Source of the DNA: Dendrobates tinctorius
Taxonomy: Eukaryota
DNA length: 64,000 nt
Reading direction: 5' to 3'
Assembly: GCF_039654945.1 (NCBI RefSeq)
Contig: NW_027361810.1
Location: 9,052,001-9,116,000 of the forward strand
Shown here: piece after piece, positions 50,210-60,779 of the stretch
How positions within the stretch are numbered: the first letter of the stretch is position 1
Layout: each line of letters opens with the position of its first letter
Position numbers and translations under genes: made by a program
Notes under the pieces: model-generated
The model's database searches: none
The model's input: only the letters and a program-made list of their open reading frames with translations
Told to the model about the DNA's origin: nothing

Positions 50210-52102
50210 TTATGCCAGTATCACCAACTGGTCTGTTTCTGGTGCCCAGCTCACACTATAGGCCTTTACTGCCTTTTTAAAGGTCTCATGCACACCTTCG
50301 CTGGCACACGCTTCTCGCACGTCTTCGGGTACCTCCATCACGCACTTGAAGGTCATGGACTTGCTCTCATCCTGGACAGATGGCTCTGGGTTCCCCACGG
50401 ACACTTCCCTCAAGGTATCTGCCAAGACCGGGTGACTGTCTTGTGCAGCTCTTGGTTCACCATCTTCCTGAGATTTACAGTCTTCAGGACCCTTTTCCAA
50501 GATGGGCTTTGGCAGTTCTGCCTTGCTATCAGTCGGGCACGGCCGCTGTACGTCTTCACCCATCCACTTCTTCTGCAGAAGACCTTTTACTACTCCACTG
50601 AGTTCTTGCAGAACTTTATCTCGCTCCTCTGCCAGGTAGCGACGCTGATCCTCTCTCCTGAGAATCTCCTGTTGATGCTTCTCTTGGGTCTCTCTGAGCA
50701 CCTCCATATCTTCCAACAGGGTCTTGTTCATGGTTTTACATGCTGACAGGTGACCTCTGAGCTCAGAGACTTCCTTCTCCAGCTCATCCACTCTGTGCTC
50801 AGCTGCTTGCCTTAGGACTCTTTCCCGTTCGACATGTTCTGTTACAGTCTCCTTTATCAGCTGTATCTCATGATCTTGTTCTCTTTTGGCCAGCACGTGT
50901 CTCACCACTACCTCTTTAATTATATCATCAAAGGGTACCACTGGGTCAGTCACACCAGTCGAGTGAACCCTCCAGTTACCGTCCAGCACCAATGTGTCTA
51001 GTCCAGTAGTCTCATCTCCCAGCCCACCATCTGTCTTATCACGAGACCTCAGGTCCGTCAGTTGGGCAGATGTACTTCTTCCTCTGGTCAGTTCTACCTC
51101 TGACCTGTCCATGTCAGGAGCCGTCACTGTCTCAGTGTCTGCTTGTCCCACAGTCAAAGCATCTCCATCGTCAGACCAAACGTCATCAAACAAAAGAAAG
51201 TCCCGGCCCCTCTCCCAGGCATAGACTAAGTCCCGTGGTATTCCTCTACCTTGGCACTCACCACCTTTGGTCCCCTCAAACACTACTGTGTCTACTGCGT
51301 AGTTCACCGTGACCCCGTGTTTACAGCGAACCCTGATGTTTTTCTCTGTCAGAGAGAAAACGAGAGGCGTTCCTGTCAGAGTCACCTGACTCTCTGAGTC
51401 CAGCCGACCAAAGGCTCCTTCCCGGTGCAGCATCACTGTACACATCTGTGGCCCATCATTACTACCCGGAAAGGATACTCCACATTCTGAAAAAGACCTG
51501 CACATACACTGCGGTACTCCAGACATACCTACTGAGTCACCCAGTGCTGTCACTTCTTCACACTTGGCCCCTTTCTGGACCACCACCCCGCTTTGGGTTG
51601 CCACCCCAATTTTGGTCACCGCCCCCTTTTGGAACTCCACCCCTTTTTGGGTTACCACTCCAATTTGGGTCACCGCCCCCTTTTGGGACTCCACCCCTTT
51701 TTGGGTTACCACTCCAATTTGGGTCACCGCCCCCTTTTGGGTTTCCACCCCTTTTTGGGTTACCACTCCAATTTGGGTCACCGCCCCCTTTTGGGTCACC
51801 GCCCCCTTTTGGGATTTCCCCATGTCCGTCCTGCAGAACCTCTTAGGCCACAGTTCACACAGTACAGTTTGTCTTTTAACGATACCACACAAGTCTTTGC
51901 TGGCACCACCACAGCTCCTGCTGTCACTGATCACCGGCACCTCCGGCTGCTGTTCACACACATACACAGCGGCTGGTGTCACTGCAGCTCCTGCTGCGCC
52001 ATCTTCGTGGACCCGTCGATCCACCGGAAGCCGCTTGTCACCTTCGTAACCCCGCCGGGTTACTAGAAGCCGCTTGTCACCCTCAAAGATAAAAGAAACC
52101 AC
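50210..52102 (-). CDS. Upstream part of the element ORF: tandem-repeat region, coiled coil, then FXR1 KH0 (FKCVMEVPEDVREACA..FKKAV..PET.QL.IL)
   Basis: 630 open codons; last ~48 aa match FXR1; true start uncertain (GACATGG at 51112 is a good Kozak candidate). Confidence 0.7.
   Translation of the reverse strand: MVSFIFEGDKRLLVTRRGYEGDKRLPVDRRVHEDGAAGAAVTPAAVYVCEQQPEVPVISDSRSCGGASKDLCGIVKRQTVLCELWPKRFCRTDMGKSQKGAVTQKGAVTQIGVVTQKGVETQKGAVTQIGVVTQKGVESQKGAVTQIGVVTQKGVEFQKGAVTKIGVATQSGVVVQKGAKCEEVTALGDSVGMSGVPQCMCRSFSECGVSFPGSNDGPQMCTVMLHREGAFGRLDSESQVTLTGTPLVFSLTEKNIRVRCKHGVTVNYAVDTVVFEGTKGGECQGRGIPRDLVYAWERGRDFLLFDDVWSDDGDALTVGQADTETVTAPDMDRSEVELTRGRSTSAQLTDLRSRDKTDGGLGDETTGLDTLVLDGNWRVHSTGVTDPVVPFDDIIKEVVVRHVLAKREQDHEIQLIKETVTEHVERERVLRQAAEHRVDELEKEVSELRGHLSACKTMNKTLLEDMEVLRETQEKHQQEILRREDQRRYLAEERDKVLQELSGVVKGLLQKKWMGEDVQRPCPTDSKAELPKPILEKGPEDCKSQEDGEPRAAQDSHPVLADTLREVSVGNPEPSVQDESKSMTFKCVMEVPEDVREACASEGVHETFKKAVKAYSVSWAPETDQLVILA
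51570..51810. repeat. 18/54-bp tandem repeat inside the LTR element (reads QKGAVTQIGVVTQKGVE)
   Basis: Repeated ccaccccttttgggttaccactccaatttgggtcaccgccccctttgg-type units. Confidence 0.85.
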
Positions 52103-52931
52103 AAAAGCGCGCCCATAGGGCCTTACCAGTGCAGGTATAATGGGTTACGCAGCAATAATACAGGGTACTCACCCTTAATAGTTGTGTAAAGCCACAACTA
52201 CTGTATCCGCTTAGTCACATGCCATAAAGCTGCAGCAGGATGGTGTAGACAGACAGCGTCTGCTACCAATGCTCCCAGGGCAGATCCCTTAAAGAAAACA
52301 CCAGGTCCCTGTGCTGCGAGACCTTCGTGACCCCACTGAGCCACAGCAAGCACCTTCAGGTTTTGCAGAGGAAAAGAAAAAAAAAAACAAAAACACATGC
52401 ACAGTCTCTCACATGTCCTGTCCGTGTGCTGTTCAGGACGTACCGTCTCCACCTGAGACCGTCCAACACACAGGGCACACCGGGTGCTATTCAGGGAGCA
52501 GCCCTCCTCCCAGGGTTTCCCAACACACCGGCCTCACCAGGTCCAGGGGCTCAGCGGGTGCTCTTCAGGACATCCGTCTCCACTTGTTACTGCCCAACAC
52601 ACGCCTCACCAGGTCCAAGGTCATAGCACGTGCTTCAGGGCTCCTCCCAACACTGACCCTCCAGGACCTTGCTCACTGACCCCTCCAGGTACACAGTCTC
52701 TCACTGACCCTGGTCAGTGCAACACAGACTCCTGTCTGTTACCTGTGTCGGCCACACAGGTTCCTGGACGCCTCTTCTCCTCAGAGGTATCCCACAAATA
52801 TTAATACAGTCACTTTCTCTGACCTCGGTCAGTATTACTCACGGTTGTCAGACCGTCTGCTCTCCTGGCTCAGAATCGCCAGCGCTGCCACACGTGCTTC
52901 TGGGAGTCGCTGCCCGCAGTCTGTCACCAAT

Positions 52932-53606
52932 TGTAGGGATGTGACTCGCTCAGGTGCAGCGGGAGACAATCATGAGGCAGGTTCTTCCCAAAGTTCATGA
53001 GGTTTATTTGCTCCATAAACCATATATCTGCATATCACCAAAATAGCCTCTATCTTAGGCACAAAAGAACATAAACGTCCGTGGCTTCAGACTCGGACCG
53101 AGAGTCTCAGCACATGCTGGGAGGTGTAGTCCTCCCCATATACAACTAATATACACAGGCCAGGGCAATGTCCAGAGCAGCGCTGCATCTGCAGCCGCAG
53201 ACACAGGAAGGCTTCTCCTTCCTTAGCACACAGGCCACTCTCTGTAGTGTCCCACCTGGACACATGGAAGTCTGTCCACACTCTGACAGACTCCCTCCAC
53301 ACTCTCACATGTGCCAAACACCTCAATTACATAGCCCTGTAACCACACCCACAGGGGATCACATGGCTATGACATCACCAAAGGTTGTATAGACACACAG
53401 GCTTCCCTGACACAGTGTAACAGAAAGATCAGCAGTACCTCTGCTGATCAATACACCCTGGAGCCTGCATCCCAAGGCCACCCACCTTGAGACCCACAAT
53501 GGTCATTTAGGACCCTGCTCCTGTTACCACACTGAATGTGCCTGTACACCCGTCCTGGGACAGCCACACAGCGCCCCCTAGCCGACACAGTGGTAACTAC
53601 ACCACA
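52932..53606 (-). repeat. 5' LTR of the FXR1-bearing element
   Basis: Direct repeat of 48584-49258; followed on the minus strand by the PBS. Confidence 0.95.
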
Positions 53607-55890
53607 CTATGTACAAGAATATAACTACTATAATACTGCTCCTATGTACAAGAATTTAACTACGATAATACTGCTCCTATGTACAAGAATATAACTACTA
53701 TAATACTGCCCCCTATGTACAAGAATATAACTACTATAATACTGCCCCTATGTACAAGAATATAACTACTATAATACTGCTCCTATGTACAAGAATATAA
53801 CTACTATAATACTGCTCCTATGTACAAGAATATAACTACTATAATACTGCCCCTATGTACAAGAATATAACTACTATAATACTGTCCCTATGTACAAGAA
53901 TATAACTACTATAATACTGCTCCTATGTACAAGAATATAACTACTATAATACTGCTCCTATGTACAAGAATATAACTACTATAATACTGCCCCTATGTAC
54001 AGGAATATAACTACTATAATACTGCTTCTATGTACAAGAATATAACTACTATAATACTGCTCCTATGTACAAGAATATAACTACTATAATACTGCTCCTA
54101 TGTACAAGAATATAACTACTATAATACTGCTCCTATGTACAAGAATATAACTACTATAATACTGCTCCTATGTACAAGAATATAACTACTATAATACTGC
54201 TCCCTATGTACGAGAATATAACTGCTATAATACTGCTTCTATGTACAAGAATATAACTACTATAATACTGCTCCAATATACAAGAATATAACTACTATAA
54301 TACTGCTCCTATGTACAAGAATATAACTACTATAATACTGCTCCCTATGTACGAGAATATAACTACTATAATACTGCTCCTATGTACAAGAATTTAACTA
54401 CTATAATACTGCTCCTATGTACAAGAATATAACTACTATAATACTGCCCCTATGTACAAGAATATAGCTACTATAATACTGCCCCTATGTACAAGAATAT
54501 AACTACTATAATACTGCCCCTATGTACAAGAATATAACTGCTATAATACTGCCCCTATGTACAAGAATATAACTACTATAATACTGCCCCCTATGTACAA
54601 GAATATAACTACTATAATACTGCCCCTATGTACAAGAATATAACTACTATAATACTGCCCCTATGTACAAGAATATAACTACTATAATACTGCCGCTATG
54701 TACAAGAATATAACTACTATAATACTGCTCCTATGTACAAGAATATAACTACTATAATACTGCTCCTATGTACAAGAATATAACTACTATAATACTGCCC
54801 CTATGTACAAGAATATAACTACTATAATACTGCCCCCTATGTACAAGAATATAACTACTATAATACTGCCCCTATGTACAAGACTATAGCTACTATAATA
54901 CTGCTTCTATGTACAAGAATATAACTACTATAATACTGATCCTATGTACAAGAATATAACTACTATAATACTGCCCCTATGTACAAGAATATAACTACTA
55001 TAATACTGCTCCTATGTACAAGAATATAACTACTATAATACTGCCCCTATGTACAAGAATATAACTACTATAATACTGCCCCTATGTACAAGAATATAGC
55101 TACTATAATACTGCTCCTATGTACAAGAATATAACTACTATAATACTTCTCCTATGTACAAGAATTTAACTACTATAATACTGTTCCTATGTACAAGAAT
55201 ATAACTACTATAATTCTGCTCCCTATGTACAAGAATATAACTACTATAATACTGCTCCTATGTACAAGAATATAACTACTATAATACTGCTCCTATGTAC
55301 AAGAATATAACTACTATAATACTGCTCCCTATGTACGAGAATATAACTGCTATAATACTGCTTCTATGTACAAGAATATAACTACTATAATACTGCTCCT
55401 ATGTACAAGAATATAACTACTATAATACTGCTCCTATGTACAAGAATATAACTACTATAATACTGCTCCCTATGTACGAGAATATAACTACTATAATACT
55501 GCTCCTATGTACAAGAATTTAACTACTATAATACTGCTCCTATGTACAAGAATATAACTACTATAATACTGCTCCTATGTACAAGAATATAACTACTATA
55601 ATACTGCTCCCTATGTACGAGAATATAACTGCTATAATACTGCTTCTATGTACAAGAATATAACTACTATAATACTGCTCCTATGTACAAGAATATAACT
55701 ACTATAATACTGCTCCTATGTACAAGAATATAACTACTATAATACTGCTCCCTATGTACGAGAATATAACTGCTATAATACTGCTTCTATGTACAAGAAT
55801 ATAACTACTATAATACTGCTCCAATATACAAGAATATAACTACTATAATACTGCTCCTATGTACAAGAATATAACTGCTATAGTACGGCC
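53607..55890. repeat. 35-bp satellite, right part
   Basis: Same unit; register resumes exactly after the CTAT TSD. Confidence 0.95.
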
Positions 55891-55973
55891 CCCATAATAA
55901 TAATAAATTTTATTTCTATAGCGCCGACATATTCCGCAGCACTTTACATTTCAGAGGGGATTTGTACAGACAA
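55884..55973 (-). mobile_element. L2 LINE 3' end; continues at 63885-64000 on the other side of the Gypsy element
   Basis: (AAT)n tail followed by tttatttctatagcgcc..atattccgcagcactttaca; resumes with gagggccctgctcgcaagcttaca; recognised from recalled amphibian L2 3' ends. Confidence 0.65.
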
Positions 55974-57250
55974 ATCACTAATGCTCTAGGATTATCCCAC
56001 CGCTGCCACCAAATATGTGAGGAACGGCGGACCGCTATCGCCAAATTGTGACGGACAGCAGACCCTGTGCCACCAATATGTCACGATCCCACCACCGACA
56101 CTGGTTTGTCAGCGGACGGAGGGACGTGACGCACTGCCGGAACACGGCTATCACAGGCACAGTGGGGGCTTATCTTAGTTATCCCACCACTGGCACCATG
56201 TGACAAAAATACAGCAAGCTAATCTTGCTCTGACAATTTACCGCAGGGGGGTATTTTGGATGCCCCACCACTGCTAACAACCTTCCAAGAACTGCGGAAA
56301 TTTATGTATATCCCACTTTCTAAGTTCCACTTTGGAACTCGCAGCTCTCCGGCGCCCCCCTTACCCTCAGGTCAGTCAGGGAACTGCACATAGGATAAGT
56401 AGTCACCAGACGGGCTGCTTGTTGTGCACGGGCAACTAGACTACTGCAGTAAGAGAATTATCAATGCCGTGGCCTCAACCACTCCTTCAGCAATATAAGA
56501 CCCTTCTGTACTGCCAGCTAGCCTCGCCAGCCACGCACACCAAGCTGCCACAAGCTCCTGGTTTCTCCACTTAAGTTATAGACTTAATGGAGGGGTTCGA
56601 AGCCAACCTGAACAGTAGCGTAATTATCTAAAACAAGGCGCATAGTTCGTTTCCTAGAGCATGGAGACAGAGTTAATAGATTTTAGAATTTATTCTCACG
56701 AAATGGGCGGTCTGGTGAGGTCCAACCTCCCTTCTCTCTCAGTTATAACTTAACTAAAAAGGTTATGATAACCATATCTTAATGGGGAAGCTCGTATGAA
56801 CTCACCCATGTTTCCCAGTGTAACAAACCCAACAAGAAAACATCAAGAATGCACTAGATAGGACACTCCATTTGGGAGCAATCCATATCTCAATTTCTGG
56901 AAGTCCGAGAATCGTGAAACTCAGGGGTTTAGAAAGCTGGCTTTGTGCCCTTTGCAGGAATGTGAGTTTCATATCTCTGTCACAAGCGAAGTGCGCGCTA
57001 GGCTTCTTTTAATATTTCCTATACCTGTATTCAAGCTTCATGGTTTCAGAACAAAGCAATGCTTTCTCTTGCAGGGGGGAAGGCTGCGAGAGGAAATGGA
57101 CGGTTTCATGTTACCAGCAAGCAAAGAGCTGATAAGGAGGGGGGGTTGCAGCTACATCACAGGCTTGTCTCCTCAGTGTATAGCAATGGGAGATTCTAGA
57201 AAGTTCTGCAAAATCATATCTTACATTACACCTCCCCCCTTTAGAGGGCG

Positions 57251-59158
57251 CTACGGAGGCATTACCTGTCGGTAATCGGCCATGCACACCTCAGCGGGTT
57301 CGCCCCGGCAGGACAACCCATCGGCATTGCCATGTTCACTGCCCTTTTTGTGTTGTACAGTAAAGTCGTACTGTTGAAGGGCAAGGCTCCAGCGGAGCAA
57401 CCATCCATTGGTTACGGATACTGTGTGCAACCAGCTCAGAGGGTTGTGGTCGGTTACCACCGTGAAGGTGCGCCCGTACAGGTAGGGCTGCAAACGTTGC
57501 AATGCCCACACCATGGCCAGACACTCCTTCTCGATGGTCGAGTATGCCACTTCTCTCTGCAAAAGTTTCCGGCTCAGGTACAACACGGGGTGCTCCTGGT
57601 TCCCCGAGTCGACCTGGCTGAGCACAGCACCGAGGCCAAACTCGCTGGTGTCGGTCTGTACCAGAAACAGGCGACTGCTGTTGACTACTCTCAACACTGG
57701 AGAGCTGCACAGGGCTGCTTTCAAAGCTTGGAAAGCCGCCTCAAAGTCATCTGTCCAGTTGACTGTTTGGGGTAGCCTCTGCTTGGTGAGGTCCGTCAAG
57801 GGTTTTGCAAGGGCGCTATAGTCCTGCACGAACCGCCTATAGAACCCTGCAGTGCCCAAGAAGGACTTCACCTGTTTCTTGGTCCTGGGGGTGGGCCAGG
57901 ACGCAATTGCGTCCACCTTTTCTGGCTCTGACCTCATGCAACCCCCGCCAACCCGGTGCCCCAGGTACTGGACCTCGCTCATGCCCATCTGGCACTTTCC
58001 TGGCTTGATAGTCAGGCCTGCCTGGTGAAGACGCTTGAGCACCTCCTGGAGATGCTGAAGGTGTTCCTCCCAGGTGGAACTGAAGATGGCGATGTCGTCC
58101 AAGTACGCCACCGCGTACTCCTCCAGTCCCCGAAGCAGGTGGTTGACCATCTGCTGGAAAGTGGCAGGGGCATTTTTCATGCCGAAGGGCATGACCGTGG
58201 ACTTGTACAGTCCAAAGGGGGTGATAAAGGCGGATTTCTCCTGCGCCTCAGGGCTCAGGGGAATCTGCCAGTATCCACGACTCAGATCCATGATGGATAT
58301 GTACCTTGCTTTTGCCAACCGCTCAAGCAGATCCTCGATGCGCGGCATCTGGTAGGCATCAGAGGTTGTGATGGCGTTGAGACCCCTGTAGTCCACGCAG
58401 AACCGGGTGGTTCGATCCTTTTTAGGCACAAGGACTACAGGTGAGGCCCACTCGCTTTTTGACCATCGAATCACCCCCAGCCTTAACATCTCATTAATCT
58501 CTTGGCGCATGACTTGTTGCACCTCCTCAGAGATCCAATAAGGTGTTCGCTGTAGTGGGGTGTGATTCCCGGTGTCCACCTCATGAACCGCTAACTCCGT
58601 CCTCCCAGGTCGGTTGGTGAACACGGCCCGGACGGGTTCCAGGGCTTCCACCAACTGCGACCGCTGGGATACGGTTAGCAAACCACTTATCTCCATGTCC
58701 TCAATGGACCCATTGGCCTTGGCTTGGGCCAGCATGTCCAGGAGGGGATCTTCCTCCCCATCCTCGGGCAGGTTGCAGACCGGTAGGACGCAAGCTTCAC
58801 GTTCGTGGGGCGCCTTCAGCATATTGACGTGAAAGGCCTTGCGCCTACCCCGAGCATGGTCAAGCGTGACCACGTAGGTGAACCGGTTGAGCTGTTGGTG
58901 GACGACGTATGGGCCTTCCCAGGCTGCCTGAAGCTTATCCGTTGGTACGGGGACCAGCACCGATACCTTTTGACCCACCTGGTAGGTCCGCTCCCGGGCG
59001 TTCTGGTCGTACCAGTGCTTCTGGTCAGCCTGAGCCTGCGTCATGTTGTCATGCACCAATTGCGTCAAGGTCTGCATCTTGTCACGGAAGCGCATGACAT
59101 AATCCACGATGGACACTTCTGTGGGGTTTGGCTCATCTTCCCAGGATTCTCTTATCAA
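57251..59158 (-). pseudogene. Gypsy pol fragment: integrase C-terminus (GPY), reverse transcriptase, RNase H
   Basis: WEGPY, RFCVDYR, MPFGMKNAPATFQ, YLDD, TDTSEFGLGAVL, EKECLA, TDHNPL, NADGLS. Confidence 0.93.
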
Positions 59159-60003
59159 CCCAAGGGGTCCCCGGACTCGCCTGCCATACAGGAGCTCGAA
59201 GGGGGAGAACCGGTCGAGGCCTGCGGAACTTCTCTGTAAGCGAACAGCAGGTGTGGGAGGTACCGCTCCCAGTCGCGACGTTGGGTCTCAACCAGCATGC
59301 GGAGCATCTGTTTGAGGGTACCGTTGAAGCGTTCACACAAACCATTAGTCTGTGGGTGATACGCACTCGATACCAGGTGCTTCACCTGAATTTTCTCACA
59401 GAGAGCCTCCATTAGGCGAGACATGAATTGGGTCCCTTGATCAGTAAGCATCTCCCTGGGAAATCCTACGCTTAAAATGATGGTCACCAGTGAGTCAGCC
59501 ACCTTATCTGCCCTGGTTGAAGACAGAGCTACTGCCTCTGGGTACCGGGTAGCGTAGTCTACCACGGTGAGAATGTATTGCTTTCCAGAGCTGCTGGGGA
59601 TGGCCAGCGGGCCTACAATGTCCACCGTGATTCTCTGGAAAGGCTCCTCTATCACCGGCAAAGGGATAAGGGGAGCCTTAAGAGCAGGCCCCGCCTTACC
59701 CACTTTTTGAAAGGTGTTACAGGAGCGGCAGTATTGTGTTACATCTGTCCCCATCTTGGGCCAATAGAAGTGTTGAGACAGCCGTGCCTTTGTTTTGCTG
59801 ATCCCCAAGTGTCCAGCGAGTGGAATCTCATGGGCAATCCGCAACAACTCAGTTCTGAACTGTAGGGGGACGACTAGCTGTCTTTCCCTCAACCACTCCT
59901 TTTGGGGATCTCCGGGTACTGTCTCCCGGTACAACCTTCCTCGTTCCCAGAACACCCTCTCCTTATCAGGCTCGGAGGTGGGCGTCTCGGCGAGGTGTCT
60001 CAA
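59155..60003 (-). pseudogene. Gypsy integrase (HHCC zinc finger + DDE core), frameshifted from RT
   Basis: AHEIPLAGHLG..FYWP..C; VDIVGPL; TDQGTQF; YHPQTNGLCERFNGTLK. Confidence 0.92.
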
Positions 60004-60779
60004 TTTCTCCAGGCTTGCATCTGAGTGCAGAGCAGCCTGGAACTACTTGCTGGAGGCTGCCAGAAGTGACGTCAGGGACCCTTCCTTACTGGGACCCTCT
60101 AGAACCGGCTCTGGGTTCACCTCTGGTTCAGTCTCTCCTGTAGCAGAAGAGGGTCCAGAAGACAGTGCGCTACCTGCGATCTGGGCACTCTGACTGCGTG
60201 TGACAGCTGCTATGTATGCTGTCTCCCTGGGGATTTCTACAGACCCACCAGTCGGTGCTGCTATGGGCTCTTCCTCCCCATCCACCCCCAACACTTCAGG
60301 AGCAGTGCTACTTATGGGCCAGTTACCTTCCTCGGTGGCACTGGTCAGTTGCATGGCATTACCTTCCTCATGGTCCCCATGCACCTCCCCATTTCCTTGA
60401 GCACCGTTGCTTGCTCCTGCCAGGGATTCCTCAGCCGTCTCACTCCGTAGAGTGACAGAGCTGAGCACTTCGGTACCTGTGGACACATCTACCGTTTCAA
60501 AGAAATGGTTAACAGGTTCCGTCGGCACAGATACATCATCATCATCATCATTCCTAGGAAAAGAATGGTTATCAGATTGCTTTGGTAAAGTTACATCACC
60601 ATCATTCCTGGGGAGAGAATGGTTGTTAGTGGCATCATTACTCATCAAGGCATTTGCAGGTAACACATTCAGTTTCCTGTCATCATCATCATCATCATCA
60701 TCAGGGTTAACATTGCCCTTATTATCAAATTGGGGAGGGGTGTCAGGGACATAGTATGCAACCATCCTCCCCAAGTCAG

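Larger units (their letters stand above)
48584..53606 (-). mobile_element. Non-autonomous LTR retroelement carrying an FXR1-derived ORF
   Basis: 675-bp direct LTRs with TG..CA ends; CTAT TSD at 48580-48583 and 53607-53610; PBS-like TGGTGACAGA after the 5' LTR; PPT AGAGGGGGAGG before the 3' LTR; no RT, INT or PR motifs. Confidence 0.95.

Noticed and set aside
49100-50356. A genuine host FXR1/FMR1/FXR2 locus
   Set aside because: Intronless, missing Agenet and KH1 domains, highly diverged and enclosed by LTRs with a TSD, so no gene symbol was assigned.
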